A DNA stretch of 23,286 nt from Bacteriovoracaceae bacterium (GCA_041586955.1 JBFGZE010000051.1:1-23286); one strand, 5' to 3'. Shown: positions 8,931 through 18,909, numbered from the stretch's first letter. Notes: generated by a model not told the origin, from the letters alone. Numbers and translations are program-made.

Positions 8931-9275
8931 GTCTATATCCTGTAAATTAGCTATAGACTAGCAGGTTAGAAAAGAGCAGACTAGATAAACTTGGCATCAA
9001 TAAAATCTTTTTATTGGTGGACGGCCTGTGTTAATAAAACCTTTGGTTAAGTTGGGAAGGGTTGCTACAAAAGGTTTTAAAGGCAATCGCTAGGTCTTCA
9101 CATCACCAGTCTTGACTCGAGTGGGTGATATTAAAAGCCGACTTTATTTTTCGCTCGCATCTCAAAAAATATCATTAAATCGTCAACTATATAAAATGAT
9201 TATGCAAATCTAAGTTGCTTAGATAGAATTTTATAAATGTGATGAAAAATCCAACTCTTTAAGTGAGAAATAACG

Positions 9276-9890
9276 ATGAAGTTATTCAGAAATTTTTTTG
9301 TATTATTATTTTTAATTTTTTTTTCCACTAGGGCCTACTCGCTCGATACGTCATTAGGTGTCTACCGTTTCAATGATCATGTTCAAGATGGTGTTGGTCA
9401 GGAAGATTCAGATCCTCTTTCTCCTATGGTGACTATCGGTCATAATATGGGATTTCTTTTTGGCCTGGAATTTTCCCCTCAGCTTGGCTTCATTAAACAT
9501 ACTACCAGTGTTGAGGATGAATACGGTGGTGATTATTCCATAACTTCTTTCGTTCTTCTTTATGATTTTTTATGGAGTCCCGAGCTTCTTCAGTTTTCAG
9601 GTGGTGGCCTAAAGGTCCGTTTTGGAGCAGGTACGTTTATTAAAAAAACTAAAGGCGAAGGCGGTCCTGTAACTATCCCTAACGGTTCAGGTACTGCCAC
9701 CGCCTATCGGCCAGGGGAGTCGACCACTTCCTATTCTTCCACCGTAAATTTGGGTTTTGATGCTCTTTTTAATTTAGTACCCACTATTTTTACAAACTCT
9801 GGTCTGCGCTTGGAATATTTTGTTTTTGGGATTAAGGAAAGTGAAAAGCGTGTTACTGGAACGAATATTTCTTTTGTCGGTTATTTTTAG
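9276..9890 (+). CDS. Putative outer-membrane beta-barrel protein
   Basis: Signal peptide ending AYS, alternating amphipathic strands, C-terminal ISFVGYF (terminal aromatic beta-signal). Confidence 0.65.
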   Translation: MKLFRNFFVLLFLIFFSTRAYSLDTSLGVYRFNDHVQDGVGQEDSDPLSPMVTIGHNMGFLFGLEFSPQLGFIKHTTSVEDEYGGDYSITSFVLLYDFLWSPELLQFSGGGLKVRFGAGTFIKKTKGEGGPVTIPNGSGTATAYRPGESTTSYSSTVNLGFDALFNLVPTIFTNSGLRLEYFVFGIKESEKRVTGTNISFVGYF

Positions 9891-9899
9891 GATACTATT

Positions 9900-10664
9900 A
9901 TGAAATTACTTAGCTCAATTATTATAAGTTTATTTATTACCACCTCTGCTAATGCTTTTATTTTGGTGAGCGAAACCTACAAAATTGCTAATCATGAGGA
10001 AGTGATAGTGAATATTACCAATGATGGCTGTGGCACAATTACTAATGCTGAGCTTCTCGCTGCACTCAATGATGCAGTCGAAGGGTTTTGGAATACTGTT
10101 AGTGAGAGTAGTCTTTATTCTAAAGTTGGTGGTGTTGTTGCTAAAACTATTTCCTCAAGCCCTGACCCAGGCGAAATTTTGGTCGGTTGTGATAATACCT
10201 TAGGCGCTACGACTGGTGGCGTTACATCTTTTAACTCAACGAATAATGGTGCACTCATTCGCATGAACTCAAGTGTCTATTCAAGTGTGACGGGTGGCTT
10301 TAGTTCGACTCTTGTCCATGAGATGGGACATGCCTATGGCCTGAATCATAGTAAAGACCCTGCTTCTGTTATGACTTATGAAGATAATGGTTGGGACTCT
10401 GTAGGGCCAGCTTATCTCGCGCGAGATGATAAGAATGGAATTACTTACCTTTATCCCGTTGATAAAGAATTAGGTGGTTTTATGGGGGGATGTGGGACTA
10501 TCCGTCTCATCGACTCTCACCTTAAATCCGAAAAGGGCAATAAATCAAGTTTCTGGCAAGGACTTAATTTTTCAGTTCTTTTTATCCTCGGTTTTTTACT
10601 CATTTCAATCGCGCATTTTTTGATAAGGCGCTTGAAGAATTTACGGTTTAATCTAGAGTTTTAA
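9900..10664 (+). CDS. Matrixin (M10/metzincin) family zinc metalloprotease with C-terminal membrane anchor
   Basis: Signal peptide ending ANA, HEMGHAYGLNH (10317-10349), Met-turn SVMTY, LARDDKNGITYLYP, then GGCGTI + TM + basic tail. Confidence 0.9.
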   Translation: MKLLSSIIISLFITTSANAFILVSETYKIANHEEVIVNITNDGCGTITNAELLAALNDAVEGFWNTVSESSLYSKVGGVVAKTISSSPDPGEILVGCDNTLGATTGGVTSFNSTNNGALIRMNSSVYSSVTGGFSSTLVHEMGHAYGLNHSKDPASVMTYEDNGWDSVGPAYLARDDKNGITYLYPVDKELGGFMGGCGTIRLIDSHLKSEKGNKSSFWQGLNFSVLFILGFLLISIAHFLIRRLKNLRFNLEF

Positions 10665-10744
10665 ATTAATCGATCTATAACTCGTTCATATTTTACTAAG
10701 AGTGTCCCGTCAGGGACTTTCTGCTACTTAGATTTTATTTTTTT

Positions 10745-10772
10745 AGACACCTCACTTTAGGTGTCTTTTTTA
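10745..10772 (+). terminator. Rho-independent terminator downstream of the OMP-matrixin operon
   Basis: AGACACCT-cacttt-AGGTGTCT followed by a T tract. Confidence 0.75.
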
Positions 10773-10964
10773 TTTCATTTACTTTGGAGTAGGGATTATC
10801 AATAATTTCGTAAACAAAGATCGCTTTTATGTCCCATTAAGTGGTGAAGAGGTGGATTGAAGAAGTGTAACTGGCCGGAATTATTGGCAGATAATACTGG
10901 TGACACATTGAGAAACTTGAGTTAAATAATGATTTTTATCAGATAGATGACAAGGATTATTGTA

Positions 10965-11723
10965 GTGGAAAATACCATTAGTGCGGAAAACACTGTTAAC
11001 GAATCAATTTTAAATAAAAGCTCATTAACAACATTGATTTCACTCTCTCTCATTCCCTTAGGTTTTTATTCTCCAATATATTCTCAAGAGATAACCACAA
11101 TGGGGCTTTATGCGACCTCTGGTGCGGTCACTAATTGGTTAGCAATTTATATGCTCTTTGAAAAAGTTCCCTTTCTCTATGGTTCAGGTGTGATTCCCTT
11201 GCGTTTTAATCAATTCAAATTGGGCATTCGCCAAATGATGATGAACCAATTTTTTAATGAGGAAAATATTCAAAAATTTATATCTTTTGATAACGAACAA
11301 GGGCCAGCTTTTGATTCGAGTAAGATGGTTGAGCTTGTCGATTATAATAGTTTCTTTAATAAGTTGGTGGAAACTGTCAACGAGTCACAATTGGGTGGCA
11401 TGTTAATGATGTTTGGTGGTGCCGAGGCCTTGGCCCCATTGAGGGCCCCTTTTGCCGAAAAAATGAAAGGCGCTCTGATTGAAAATTTAGAAAAACCTGA
11501 GTTTGCTGAGCTTTTGAAAAAAGGTTTCTCTTCGGGAGGATCACTTCAAGAGTCGATTCAAGAAAAGGTTGAGATTATTGTGGCCAGCCGTCTCAATGAA
11601 TTAACTCCTGAGATGGTCAAAGAGATAATACAGAGAATGATTCGTGAGCATCTGGGCTGGCTAGTCGTTTGGGGTGGTGTTTTTGGCGCAGTTATCGGTC
11701 TTGTCAGTACAATTTTATTTTAA
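10965..11723 (+). CDS. DUF445 family membrane protein
   Basis: GAVTNWLAIYMLFEKVPFLYGSGVIP and MIREHLGWLVVWGGVFGAVIGL motifs. GTG 10965 follows AAGGA; alternative start ATG 10947. Confidence 0.88.
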   Translation: MENTISAENTVNESILNKSSLTTLISLSLIPLGFYSPIYSQEITTMGLYATSGAVTNWLAIYMLFEKVPFLYGSGVIPLRFNQFKLGIRQMMMNQFFNEENIQKFISFDNEQGPAFDSSKMVELVDYNSFFNKLVETVNESQLGGMLMMFGGAEALAPLRAPFAEKMKGALIENLEKPEFAELLKKGFSSGGSLQESIQEKVEIIVASRLNELTPEMVKEIIQRMIREHLGWLVVWGGVFGAVIGLVSTILF

Positions 11724-11736
11724 TGTGAGTGAATTT

Positions 11737-11769
11737 TTCCCCTCTCTTAAAGTGATTAAGAGAGGGGAA
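11737..11769. terminator. Bidirectional terminator between DUF445 and clpB
   Basis: Perfect 14-bp stem TTCCCCTCTCTTAA-agtga-TTAAGAGAGGGGAA between convergent stop codons. Confidence 0.8.
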
Positions 11770-11776
11770 TGTAAAG

Positions 11777-14131
11777 TTATTCAATCTGCATTCTATCTTC
11801 TTTCCATTTAACTTTATACTGGCCTTCCTTTAAATTTCCTGCCAGTAATTGACGCGATAAGGGTCTGGTCACTAATTTATTGAAGGTGGACTGCAGTGGT
11901 CGCGCTCCATATTGAGGGTCATGGCCTTTTTCCATCAATGCCTCAATTGCAGAGGAATCAAATTCGAGTGCGACATTTTTTCCTTTTAAACGCTCATTGA
12001 GAAGAGTGATTTGCTTATTCACTAATTGTTTCATGATACCAGTATCAAGCGCATTAAAGGTCAAAATTGAATCGATTCGTCCTAGGACTTCCGGTTTAAA
12101 TTGTTGTTCATAGTCCTTTGCATTGGACGTCATGAGAATGATCGTGTTTTTAAAGTCGATGGTGCGACCCTTATTATCTGTTAGGCGTCCATCATCGAGA
12201 ATTTGGAGGAGGATATCGCCAAAGTCTCGGTGTGCTTTTTCTATTTCATCAAATAGGATGACGGCGAAGGGCTTTCGACGAACGGCTTCAGTTAAGATTC
12301 CTCCTTCTTCATAACCGATATAGCCGGCGGGCGCCCCAATTAATTTGGCGACAGCATGCTTCTCTGAATATTCACTCATATCGATACGAATAATGTTTTC
12401 TTCATTATCGAAGAGAAATTGGGTGAGCGCCTTGGCGGTTTCTGTTTTTCCAACTCCTGTCGGGCCCAAGAGTAAGAAGGAACCGAGGGGGCGGGTCGCA
12501 TCTGTCAGTCCAGCAAAGCTGGCCATTAAAGTTTCAGATATTTCGCTTATTGATTGTTCTTGACCAAAAACCCTTTTATTAAGATTTTCTTCCAAGTGAA
12601 GGATATGGTCCTGTTGACTTTGAAGAATCTTCTCAACGGGGACTCCGGTCTGTCGAGCGATGACTGAGGCCACATGAGATTGGTTTAATATCCAATCATG
12701 TTGGTATTGCTCCAGTTCTTTTTCGACTTCTGGGATAATTGAGAATTTGATTTCTGAAGCCTTTTCGTAATCCTGTTGTCGTTCTGCTTGCTCTAAATCA
12801 AATTTGAATCGTTCAAGGCGATTTTTAATTTCTGATACTTTTTTGAGAGCAAGAACTTCTTTTTCCCATAATTCTTTTTTTTCTTTGAAGTCTTCCTCTA
12901 AAACTTTTATTTCTTTTTCTAATTCTTTATCCTTTTGTACTTTGGAAAGAATTAACTTAGAGCGGATATCACTCTCTAGGGCAACAAGTTTCGCTGGCAT
13001 TGCTTCTGCTGATAATTTAAGGGCCGACGCAGCTTCGTCAACTAGGTCTATGGCCTTATCTGGAAGATTTTTGTTGGTAATGTATTGAGCGGAGAGAAAG
13101 ACAGCTTGATAAATGGCATCGTCTGAAATTTTTATTCCATGGTGCATTTCCATTTTCTCTTTGATTCCCATAAGGATCTCAATACTGTCCTCTTTTGTCG
13201 GCTCATCTATTGGGACAGAGCGAAAGCGGCGCTCGAGGGCGGAATCATTGAGAATATATTTTTGAAACTCTTCGGGTGTCGTTGCACCAATACAATGGAG
13301 TTCTCCTCGTGCTAATGCTGGTTTGAGAAGGTTAGCGGCATCCATCGCTCCTTCCGTTTTTCCCGCTCCCACTAATTGATGGATTTCGTCGATGAAGAGA
13401 ATCGCCTGTCCAGCTTGGGACTTAATATATTTAAGTAATTGCTGGATTCTCTCTTCAAATTCTCCACGAAATTTTGTTCCCGCCATTAAGGATCCCATTT
13501 CCAGGGAATAGATGGTTTTCCCTTGGAGAACATCGGGAACTTGCCCTTTAATAATTTGTTCGGCAAGGCCTTCAACAATTGCCGTTTTTCCAACCCCTGC
13601 AGGGCCTACTAGAACGGGATTATTTTTTGATCGTCGGCCAAGAATCTCCATGACCGCTCTAATTTCACCGCTGCGTCCGATAACGGGATCTAGTTTGCCA
13701 TCCTCGGCCATTTGATTGAGGTTAATAAGAAAGGGGGGGGCTTCGGCGACCTCGTCATTGTCCTCAAGTCCGGCATAATTGATATCTATTTGCGGAAAAA
13801 TTTGTGGCAAAAATCTTAAAAGGTCCTTTTCTGTCACTTCCTGGCGTCCTTCCTTTGTGGCGTAAGCCGACGCTTGAGTGAGCCAGGATGATAGCTTTGG
13901 AGCTGGCCGAATTTGGTCGAGGGGGAGGGATGAGGGGCTCTTCGGCTCATTACTCAATGCCAGTTCTAGCTCCTTTTCATGGTTTTTTAAAGAGCGGGAG
14001 CTAAAGGTTGAGGGATTTTGGATAAGGCCAAGAAAAAGGTGAGCGGGAAGTAATTGGGTATGACGTTGTTCTAATGCCATTGATTGGGCTATATCAAGTG
14101 AACTGAGAACAATAGAATTGAAATTATTCAT
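11777..14131 (-). CDS. clpB: ClpB-type AAA+ disaggregase (compact, 784 aa)
   Basis: [30 protein letters not shown], long coiled-coil M domain, [42 protein letters not shown] 14131 follows AAGGAG. Confidence 0.93.
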   Translation of the reverse strand: MNNFNSIVLSSLDIAQSMALEQRHTQLLPAHLFLGLIQNPSTFSSRSLKNHEKELELALSNEPKSPSSLPLDQIRPAPKLSSWLTQASAYATKEGRQEVTEKDLLRFLPQIFPQIDINYAGLEDNDEVAEAPPFLINLNQMAEDGKLDPVIGRSGEIRAVMEILGRRSKNNPVLVGPAGVGKTAIVEGLAEQIIKGQVPDVLQGKTIYSLEMGSLMAGTKFRGEFEERIQQLLKYIKSQAGQAILFIDEIHQLVGAGKTEGAMDAANLLKPALARGELHCIGATTPEEFQKYILNDSALERRFRSVPIDEPTKEDSIEILMGIKEKMEMHHGIKISDDAIYQAVFLSAQYITNKNLPDKAIDLVDEAASALKLSAEAMPAKLVALESDIRSKLILSKVQKDKELEKEIKVLEEDFKEKKELWEKEVLALKKVSEIKNRLERFKFDLEQAERQQDYEKASEIKFSIIPEVEKELEQYQHDWILNQSHVASVIARQTGVPVEKILQSQQDHILHLEENLNKRVFGQEQSISEISETLMASFAGLTDATRPLGSFLLLGPTGVGKTETAKALTQFLFDNEENIIRIDMSEYSEKHAVAKLIGAPAGYIGYEEGGILTEAVRRKPFAVILFDEIEKAHRDFGDILLQILDDGRLTDNKGRTIDFKNTIILMTSNAKDYEQQFKPEVLGRIDSILTFNALDTGIMKQLVNKQITLLNERLKGKNVALEFDSSAIEALMEKGHDPQYGARPLQSTFNKLVTRPLSRQLLAGNLKEGQYKVKWKEDRMQIE

Positions 14132-14168
14132 AAACGTAACTCCTTGCATCCATTAGTTTCTATATTCA

Positions 14169-14196
14169 AGATGGGGGCTTATCGACGGCCGTCAAT
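14169..14196 (-). promoter_or_regulatory. Sigma32 (RpoH)-type heat-shock promoter of clpB
   Basis: Minus strand reads ATTGAC-N14-CCCCATCT, close to the CTTGAA-N13-15-CCCCATNT consensus, 37 nt upstream of the clpB ATG. Confidence 0.7.
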
Positions 14197-14700
14197 GGTG
14201 ACCCTCTACTAAGAATCTTATAAATTGAAAAAGTTTTGCTTGCTTTGACTAAAATATGACCGAGGTCATTATACTTTATATACCATTTATTTAACGCTTT
14301 GACTTTAATTCTCCTTTAAAGCACAACAAGCCGCTTCTTATATTACTTTCGGAAGTACTTTTCAGGTCTTATGGACTAGCTTTGTTAGTTGTCCTGTCGT
14401 TGGATTTGCAAATCCATTAGAAAAGGAAAAATAAGTTCATTTTTTATTCTACTCGGAGATAAGATTTCTTGTATTGCTGGTTTAACGGTTAATTTTTCGT
14501 AACTCTATTTTATAGGCAGGTGGCCTTAATCGATTTACATTTAAATCCAGCTCCCTTGGGCATCCGGAAATATCATTGGATTGAGTATTTTCCGCTTGCC
14601 TATTGGGCATATACGGGCCTGTCATTTAATGCTGAAAGTGGAAATGATGCCTTGGCCTGTTTAGCAAAACCTTTAAGTTTCATTAACAATAGAGAATAAT

Positions 14701-15240
14701 TTAAAAACTACTGCCAGATTCTTTTAAAAAGTTGAGCTCTTCCACAGTGGACCTCCTCTTTAGGAGGGGGTTGCGATGAGGGTAGCGCCCGAAACGATCG
14801 ATGATTGACTTATGCTTGTATTCAAAGTCTAAATTATCTTCTAATCCAGGTTTTGAATAGAGATCGATAGCTTGTTCATGGATCAACCGCGACTCACTAT
14901 GCATAAAGGGCATATAGAGGAAGGCCTGTTGCTGTCTCGTTAAAGCATAATCTACTTGATGAGAAACTGCCTCCTGGGCAAGCACGAGTGCCATGCCATC
15001 AAAATGATAGGCCTTCGCTCTATTGCGATAAATGTTGCGAGAGAATTGGTCAAGGATGAGAATTTCAGCGAGTCGTCCTAGGGGCTTGACACGCCAGGGG
15101 GCCAGTTCTCCTTGGGCAGCCCTCTTATGAACTGAGCTGAATCTTTCTTTGATAATGAGGTCAAGGACTGAATCAACCCTAAACCATTGAGCAGGTGTGA
15201 GCTCTGAAAACCAAAATTGAATAATATCCTGAAAAGTCAT
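14701..15240 (-). CDS. DUF924 family protein
   Basis: IIQFWF, LAEILILDQFSRNIYR, FLYMPFMHSES and IIDRFGRYPHRN motifs. AAGGGGG RBS upstream. Confidence 0.95.
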   Translation of the reverse strand: MTFQDIIQFWFSELTPAQWFRVDSVLDLIIKERFSSVHKRAAQGELAPWRVKPLGRLAEILILDQFSRNIYRNRAKAYHFDGMALVLAQEAVSHQVDYALTRQQQAFLYMPFMHSESRLIHEQAIDLYSKPGLEDNLDFEYKHKSIIDRFGRYPHRNPLLKRRSTVEELNFLKESGSSF

Positions 15241-15272
15241 GATTACCCCCTTGGATTTACGCTAAAATTTTG

Positions 15273-15503
15273 TCATTTTTCTCTCGCTAACTCAAGGAGT
15301 AAATGATGATCGTGATCCGTATAAACCCACCAATATACCCGGGTTTCACCCATTAAATCACGGCCGTCTGGCCCAGATGGGTCCATGATAATAGGTTTTA
15401 AGGGGCGAGGTTCTAAAAAATGGGTGCGGAGGATCAATGAATTGTTTGCAACGTTTAAATAGAAGATATAGGTGAGCATTATAATAGGGCGGGGGAATGC
15501 CAT
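15273..15503 (-). CDS. Possible small hypothetical protein
   Basis: 76-aa ORF, co-oriented with its neighbours and filling the gap. No motif or clear RBS. Confidence 0.25.
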   Translation of the reverse strand: MAFPRPIIMLTYIFYLNVANNSLILRTHFLEPRPLKPIIMDPSGPDGRDLMGETRVYWWVYTDHDHHLLLELAREK

Positions 15504-15622
15504 GGCCGATTTAATAATGGAGTCCCAAAATTAATTTTAGGGCGATAAAATCTCTGTCGCTAAAGTTATTGACGCGATTACTAGGCATTGGGATCTATGC
15601 CTCAATAAGTGATTTTATTTTA

Positions 15623-16219
15623 CTAATCTTTATGAAAAACCAGGAGACGATTATGAGCAGGCATTTCAAAATCGTGTAGTAGGGAGAAGCCATTTTTTGA
15701 CAGACAAATCGTAATATCTTCAAATGAGCGAATTCCGCTTTTTGGATCTCTTTCTTTTAACCATTGGTCGAATTGTCTATTACTATCGCTGGTGTAGGTT
15801 TCACGGTAATTGAATGGGCCATAGACCATAAAGAGACTATTCTGTTTTAAATTAAGCCCCAATAATTTCATCATGGTCTTATTTAATTTCCAAGACATGA
15901 TATGCATGGTATTGGCAGTAAAAACTAAATCAAAATTCCCTTTGGGAAAAGGATCTTTACCAATTTCAAAAGGATAGGGGCCCTCAATATTGGGGAGATT
16001 GGCCTCATTCATCCAAAGGCGGATGCCTTGATGCAAATCAATTTTGTCGCTCATAGTCCACTTTAATTGCGGCATTTGTTTGGAGAAATAGACGCCATGT
16101 TGACCGGTTCCCGAGCCTATTTCTAAAACCGAACAGGCCCGCTCACCATTTGTTTTTTTTAAAATTTCTAAAATCGCTTCTTTATTGCGTTCACATGAGG
16201 GGGAATTGGGTTTGTCCAT
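15623..16219 (-). CDS. DUF938 family SAM-dependent methyltransferase
   Basis: SPSCERNKEAIL, VLEIGSGTGQH, ANTMHIMSW, YGPF, SNRQFDQWLK and MPAHN motifs. Confidence 0.95.
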   Translation of the reverse strand: MDKPNSPSCERNKEAILEILKKTNGERACSVLEIGSGTGQHGVYFSKQMPQLKWTMSDKIDLHQGIRLWMNEANLPNIEGPYPFEIGKDPFPKGNFDLVFTANTMHIMSWKLNKTMMKLLGLNLKQNSLFMVYGPFNYRETYTSDSNRQFDQWLKERDPKSGIRSFEDITICLSKNGFSLLHDFEMPAHNRLLVFHKD

Positions 16220-16419
16220 ATTTTTATCTCATTTATAAAGGGGTAAGGAAAATTAGGTTAAATTTTCGATATAGTCTAGGAATATAATTTACTCCTATGG
16301 TTATAATCTACCAACAAGCGGTATATAGACCCACAAAATTGAATACCTTTATACATAGCGCGTCTACAACGATAAAAGAAATTTCCCACATTTTAAAATT
16401 TTATGAATCTCATCAATTG

Positions 16420-17352
16420 TTAAATGGACTTTTTAGTGCGTTTCGTAACCACTGGATCTGAGTATGACTTTGCTTGTTTTTTAGTAACATTAAGTATTTG
16501 TGAGATTTTATCTGCTAAATCTTTGTGAAAGTCACCTTCTCTAAGCTTGATCTCCGTTATTTCACCTGATTTCAATTTTTGGAGATCCCTGAAAATAGCA
16601 TAAGTCGCCCCACTAGATCGGTGAGTAACCTTAAGAAGAATAATCGTTAAGAGTGAAGAGTTAAGAAAAACCACTATGACGAACAATAAATTGATCGTTT
16701 GAAAGCTCTCCGCATAATATGATTTGGATAGCACTGTAATAAAAATTGCATAGACAGAAATTGATAATAAGAATGAACATAAAAAGCTATAACATGCAAT
16801 GGATCTTTGAAAAGGAATTGCTAAAAGCTTTAATGATCTCTGACAGTTTTCATAAAAAAGTCTTTTCCCCTCAATTAGTAATGAGGCCAAAAATAATAGA
16901 AGTCCAAAAAATAGGATAAGGTCAACAAGATTCATATAAACATTCAAATTAAAAAATGGAAGTGAAAAATAGTCTGTGACTTTTCCTGTGAAAGTTCTTT
17001 CTATAATATTTCCTGAAGCTCCAAAGGTAATCATAATGAGTGCTGACTTTGACCAAGGAAACGACCTACGCCAAAGAGATAAGATAAAAACGATCATCAC
17101 AGTTAGAAAGTAAGCACCGAGAATAGAGAGGCTTACTCTTTTTACAAAGGGGGAGGTTTCGCTTAAAAAACCAAGAAATGATGAGTGGTTATAAACCAAC
17201 TTTACCTGGAGATAATCTCCAAACTTTAAAGAATAATTACCTAGTCTCATCGTAAGCTTAAGCAATAAGTCAGCAATTGAAATGACAACACAAATGACTA
17301 GAAGTGGTTTTGTTAAATCACGTGGAATATTGAGAGCGCTGGGGCCATTCAT
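16420..17352 (-). CDS. Signal peptidase II (LspA)-like domain fused to two TMs and a HAMP-like C-terminal domain
   Basis: DLLLK, YN.SSFLG, GASGNIIER, GKVTDY and MNLVD parallel the LspA motifs DQxTK, NxGxAF, GALGNLIDR, GxVxDF and FNxAD. Tail THRSSGATYAIFRDLQKLKSG...LREGDFHKDLA. Confidence 0.72.
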   Translation of the reverse strand: MNGPSALNIPRDLTKPLLVICVVISIADLLLKLTMRLGNYSLKFGDYLQVKLVYNHSSFLGFLSETSPFVKRVSLSILGAYFLTVMIVFILSLWRRSFPWSKSALIMITFGASGNIIERTFTGKVTDYFSLPFFNLNVYMNLVDLILFFGLLLFLASLLIEGKRLFYENCQRSLKLLAIPFQRSIACYSFLCSFLLSISVYAIFITVLSKSYYAESFQTINLLFVIVVFLNSSLLTIILLKVTHRSSGATYAIFRDLQKLKSGEITEIKLREGDFHKDLADKISQILNVTKKQAKSYSDPVVTKRTKKSI

Positions 17353-17475
17353 GGGGTCATTTTCTCCTGTTTAGGATTTAAATTGTCAAACTTGAAATCC
17401 TCGGCGGTTAGAGCTTTTCCCTTGTCTTTTGATGAGGGCATTAAACTTCTAGTTAAGACCAGGTCTTCAGGGTAA

Positions 17476-18154
17476 TCAATTTGCCATTGTTTTAGTACCT
17501 GTCGTTAAATCTCTAACGAAGACTTCAATCTTGTCATACGAATCTCTATACTTAGTAGGAACGATCCATTTAAATCCATGATTCCCACTTATTCTAAAGG
17601 CCCTGTTCACACCTGCCCTTGGCATATTGCTAAGAGTTTTTCCAATAACCTTATTATCGAGCTGAAAGTAGACCACGGTAGGTTTATGTGCTTTATCGGG
17701 GTCATAGGACCAACCCCTAATTAAAGAATGAGTTTTTTTATCAACTCTAATCTTAATATTATTGCTACTTCTTAAGCATCCAAGCCCATAATTTTGACAA
17801 CAATAATGACTATTTTTTTCGTTCCAATTCGATTGGGAAGTCGATAGATATGCTTTAAAGGCTTTATACTTATTTCTATTCTCTAGTCTTTTCCCAGCAC
17901 CGGCCGGTAGCATTGAGTGCTGCTCTAATCGCTCTGGTTCGTCGTTAAGTGAGGTTGCGTTAATTGCCCTTTGAAAATGATTGTGGGTTTGAGAAATCAC
18001 TTCAGGGTTACTCAATGAGTAATGGTGAGCTTGACAAATGTATTCGGCCTTATACTTTTCACCTAGATCCGTTAGCAATAAACTGTAAATCAAAAGAATA
18101 ACAAAGGCTTAAGAAGAAAATGGTTGTTTTGTTTATGACAGGGAAAATTAGCAT
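17476..18154 (-). pseudogene. Frameshifted gene for a membrane-anchored protein with a C-terminal Ig-like (GWxxDPD...GNHGF) module
   Basis: ATG 18154 (after GAGGA) reads MLIFPVINKTTIFFL. Removing one base at about 18110 joins it to AFVILLIYSLLLTDLGEK of the 205-aa ORF, forming one TM helix. C-terminus IRGWSYDPD...NMPRAGVNRAFRISGNHGFKWIVP. Confidence 0.55.
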
Positions 18155-18568
18155 AGAATGGTTTTTCCTCAAACCTCATAATTTTTCATATTTTACTCTA
18201 GGGCACAAAGTATTATTACAACTCTAGTCTTCTCAATATGTATGAACAGATTGTATTGTAAAAATAATAAGTTAATGGATTATCGTGATCACTTTTGAAG
18301 GAAGGGCATATTTCCTTAAATTGTTTTGCTCATTTCAACTAATTAAATTTGGATAATTACACACAATTGTCAAAAAGATCGTTCCTACAAAGAGCAAAAA
18401 GATAACGATTCTTAGATATTTTCCATTCCTATAAATGATTAGTGGTAGATGTTAGAAATGTGAGGTCTATCATAAACCTTTGGTTGTTAGCATTTTTGAG
18501 TCGTGATTTTTTATTGAGAAATATATTAAATGGGTCTATCATAGTGCTTATAAAAAGGGGGGTTCGTT

Positions 18569-18904
18569 ATGGAAATTTTGCACGAAAAACAATGTATTCC
18601 CTGCTCCGGTAGTATTCCTCCGTTAGAACTACCGGAAATCATGGCCTATAAAAAGGGGATCTCTCCCGATTGGGAATTAACTCACAACAATACTCGGCTA
18701 AGAAGAAAGCTCCTTTTTGAGGACTTTAGAGAGCCATTTCATTTAGCTATTCAAATTGGCGATCTGGCGGAAGCACAATGGCATCATCCTGAAATCCACC
18801 TTGGCTGGGGTCATTTAGAAATTGAAATATGGACCCATAAGATTAATGGGTTAGTGGAGAGTGACTTTGTTTTTGCCTCAAAGGTGGATCAATTAATAAA
18901 ATAA
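18569..18904 (+). CDS. phhB: Pterin-4-alpha-carbinolamine dehydratase
   Basis: CIPCSG, AEAQWHHPEI and IWTHKINGLVESDFVFASKVD motifs. AAGGGGGG RBS. Confidence 0.95.
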   Translation: MEILHEKQCIPCSGSIPPLELPEIMAYKKGISPDWELTHNNTRLRRKLLFEDFREPFHLAIQIGDLAEAQWHHPEIHLGWGHLEIEIWTHKINGLVESDFVFASKVDQLIK

Positions 18905-18909
18905 TCGTA

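Noticed and set aside
492..10203. Short overlapping ORFs (492-686, 2518-2775, 4437-4619, 5013-5249, 6748-6990, 7563-7760, 8369-8569, 10021-10203)
   Set aside because: They overlap better-supported genes and show no motifs or RBS.
10700..10720. GTCCCGTCAGGGAC resembling the SRP RNA core
   Set aside because: Lacks the following TCCGGAAGGAAGCAG motif; only a short hairpin.
12123..13715. Four plus-strand ORFs within clpB
   Set aside because: Antisense shadows of a highly conserved gene.
17349..17360. Minigene ATG-ACC-CCA-TGA overlapping the LspA-like start
   Set aside because: Only 3 nt separate AGGAG from this ATG, which is too close. The RBS more plausibly serves ATG 17352.
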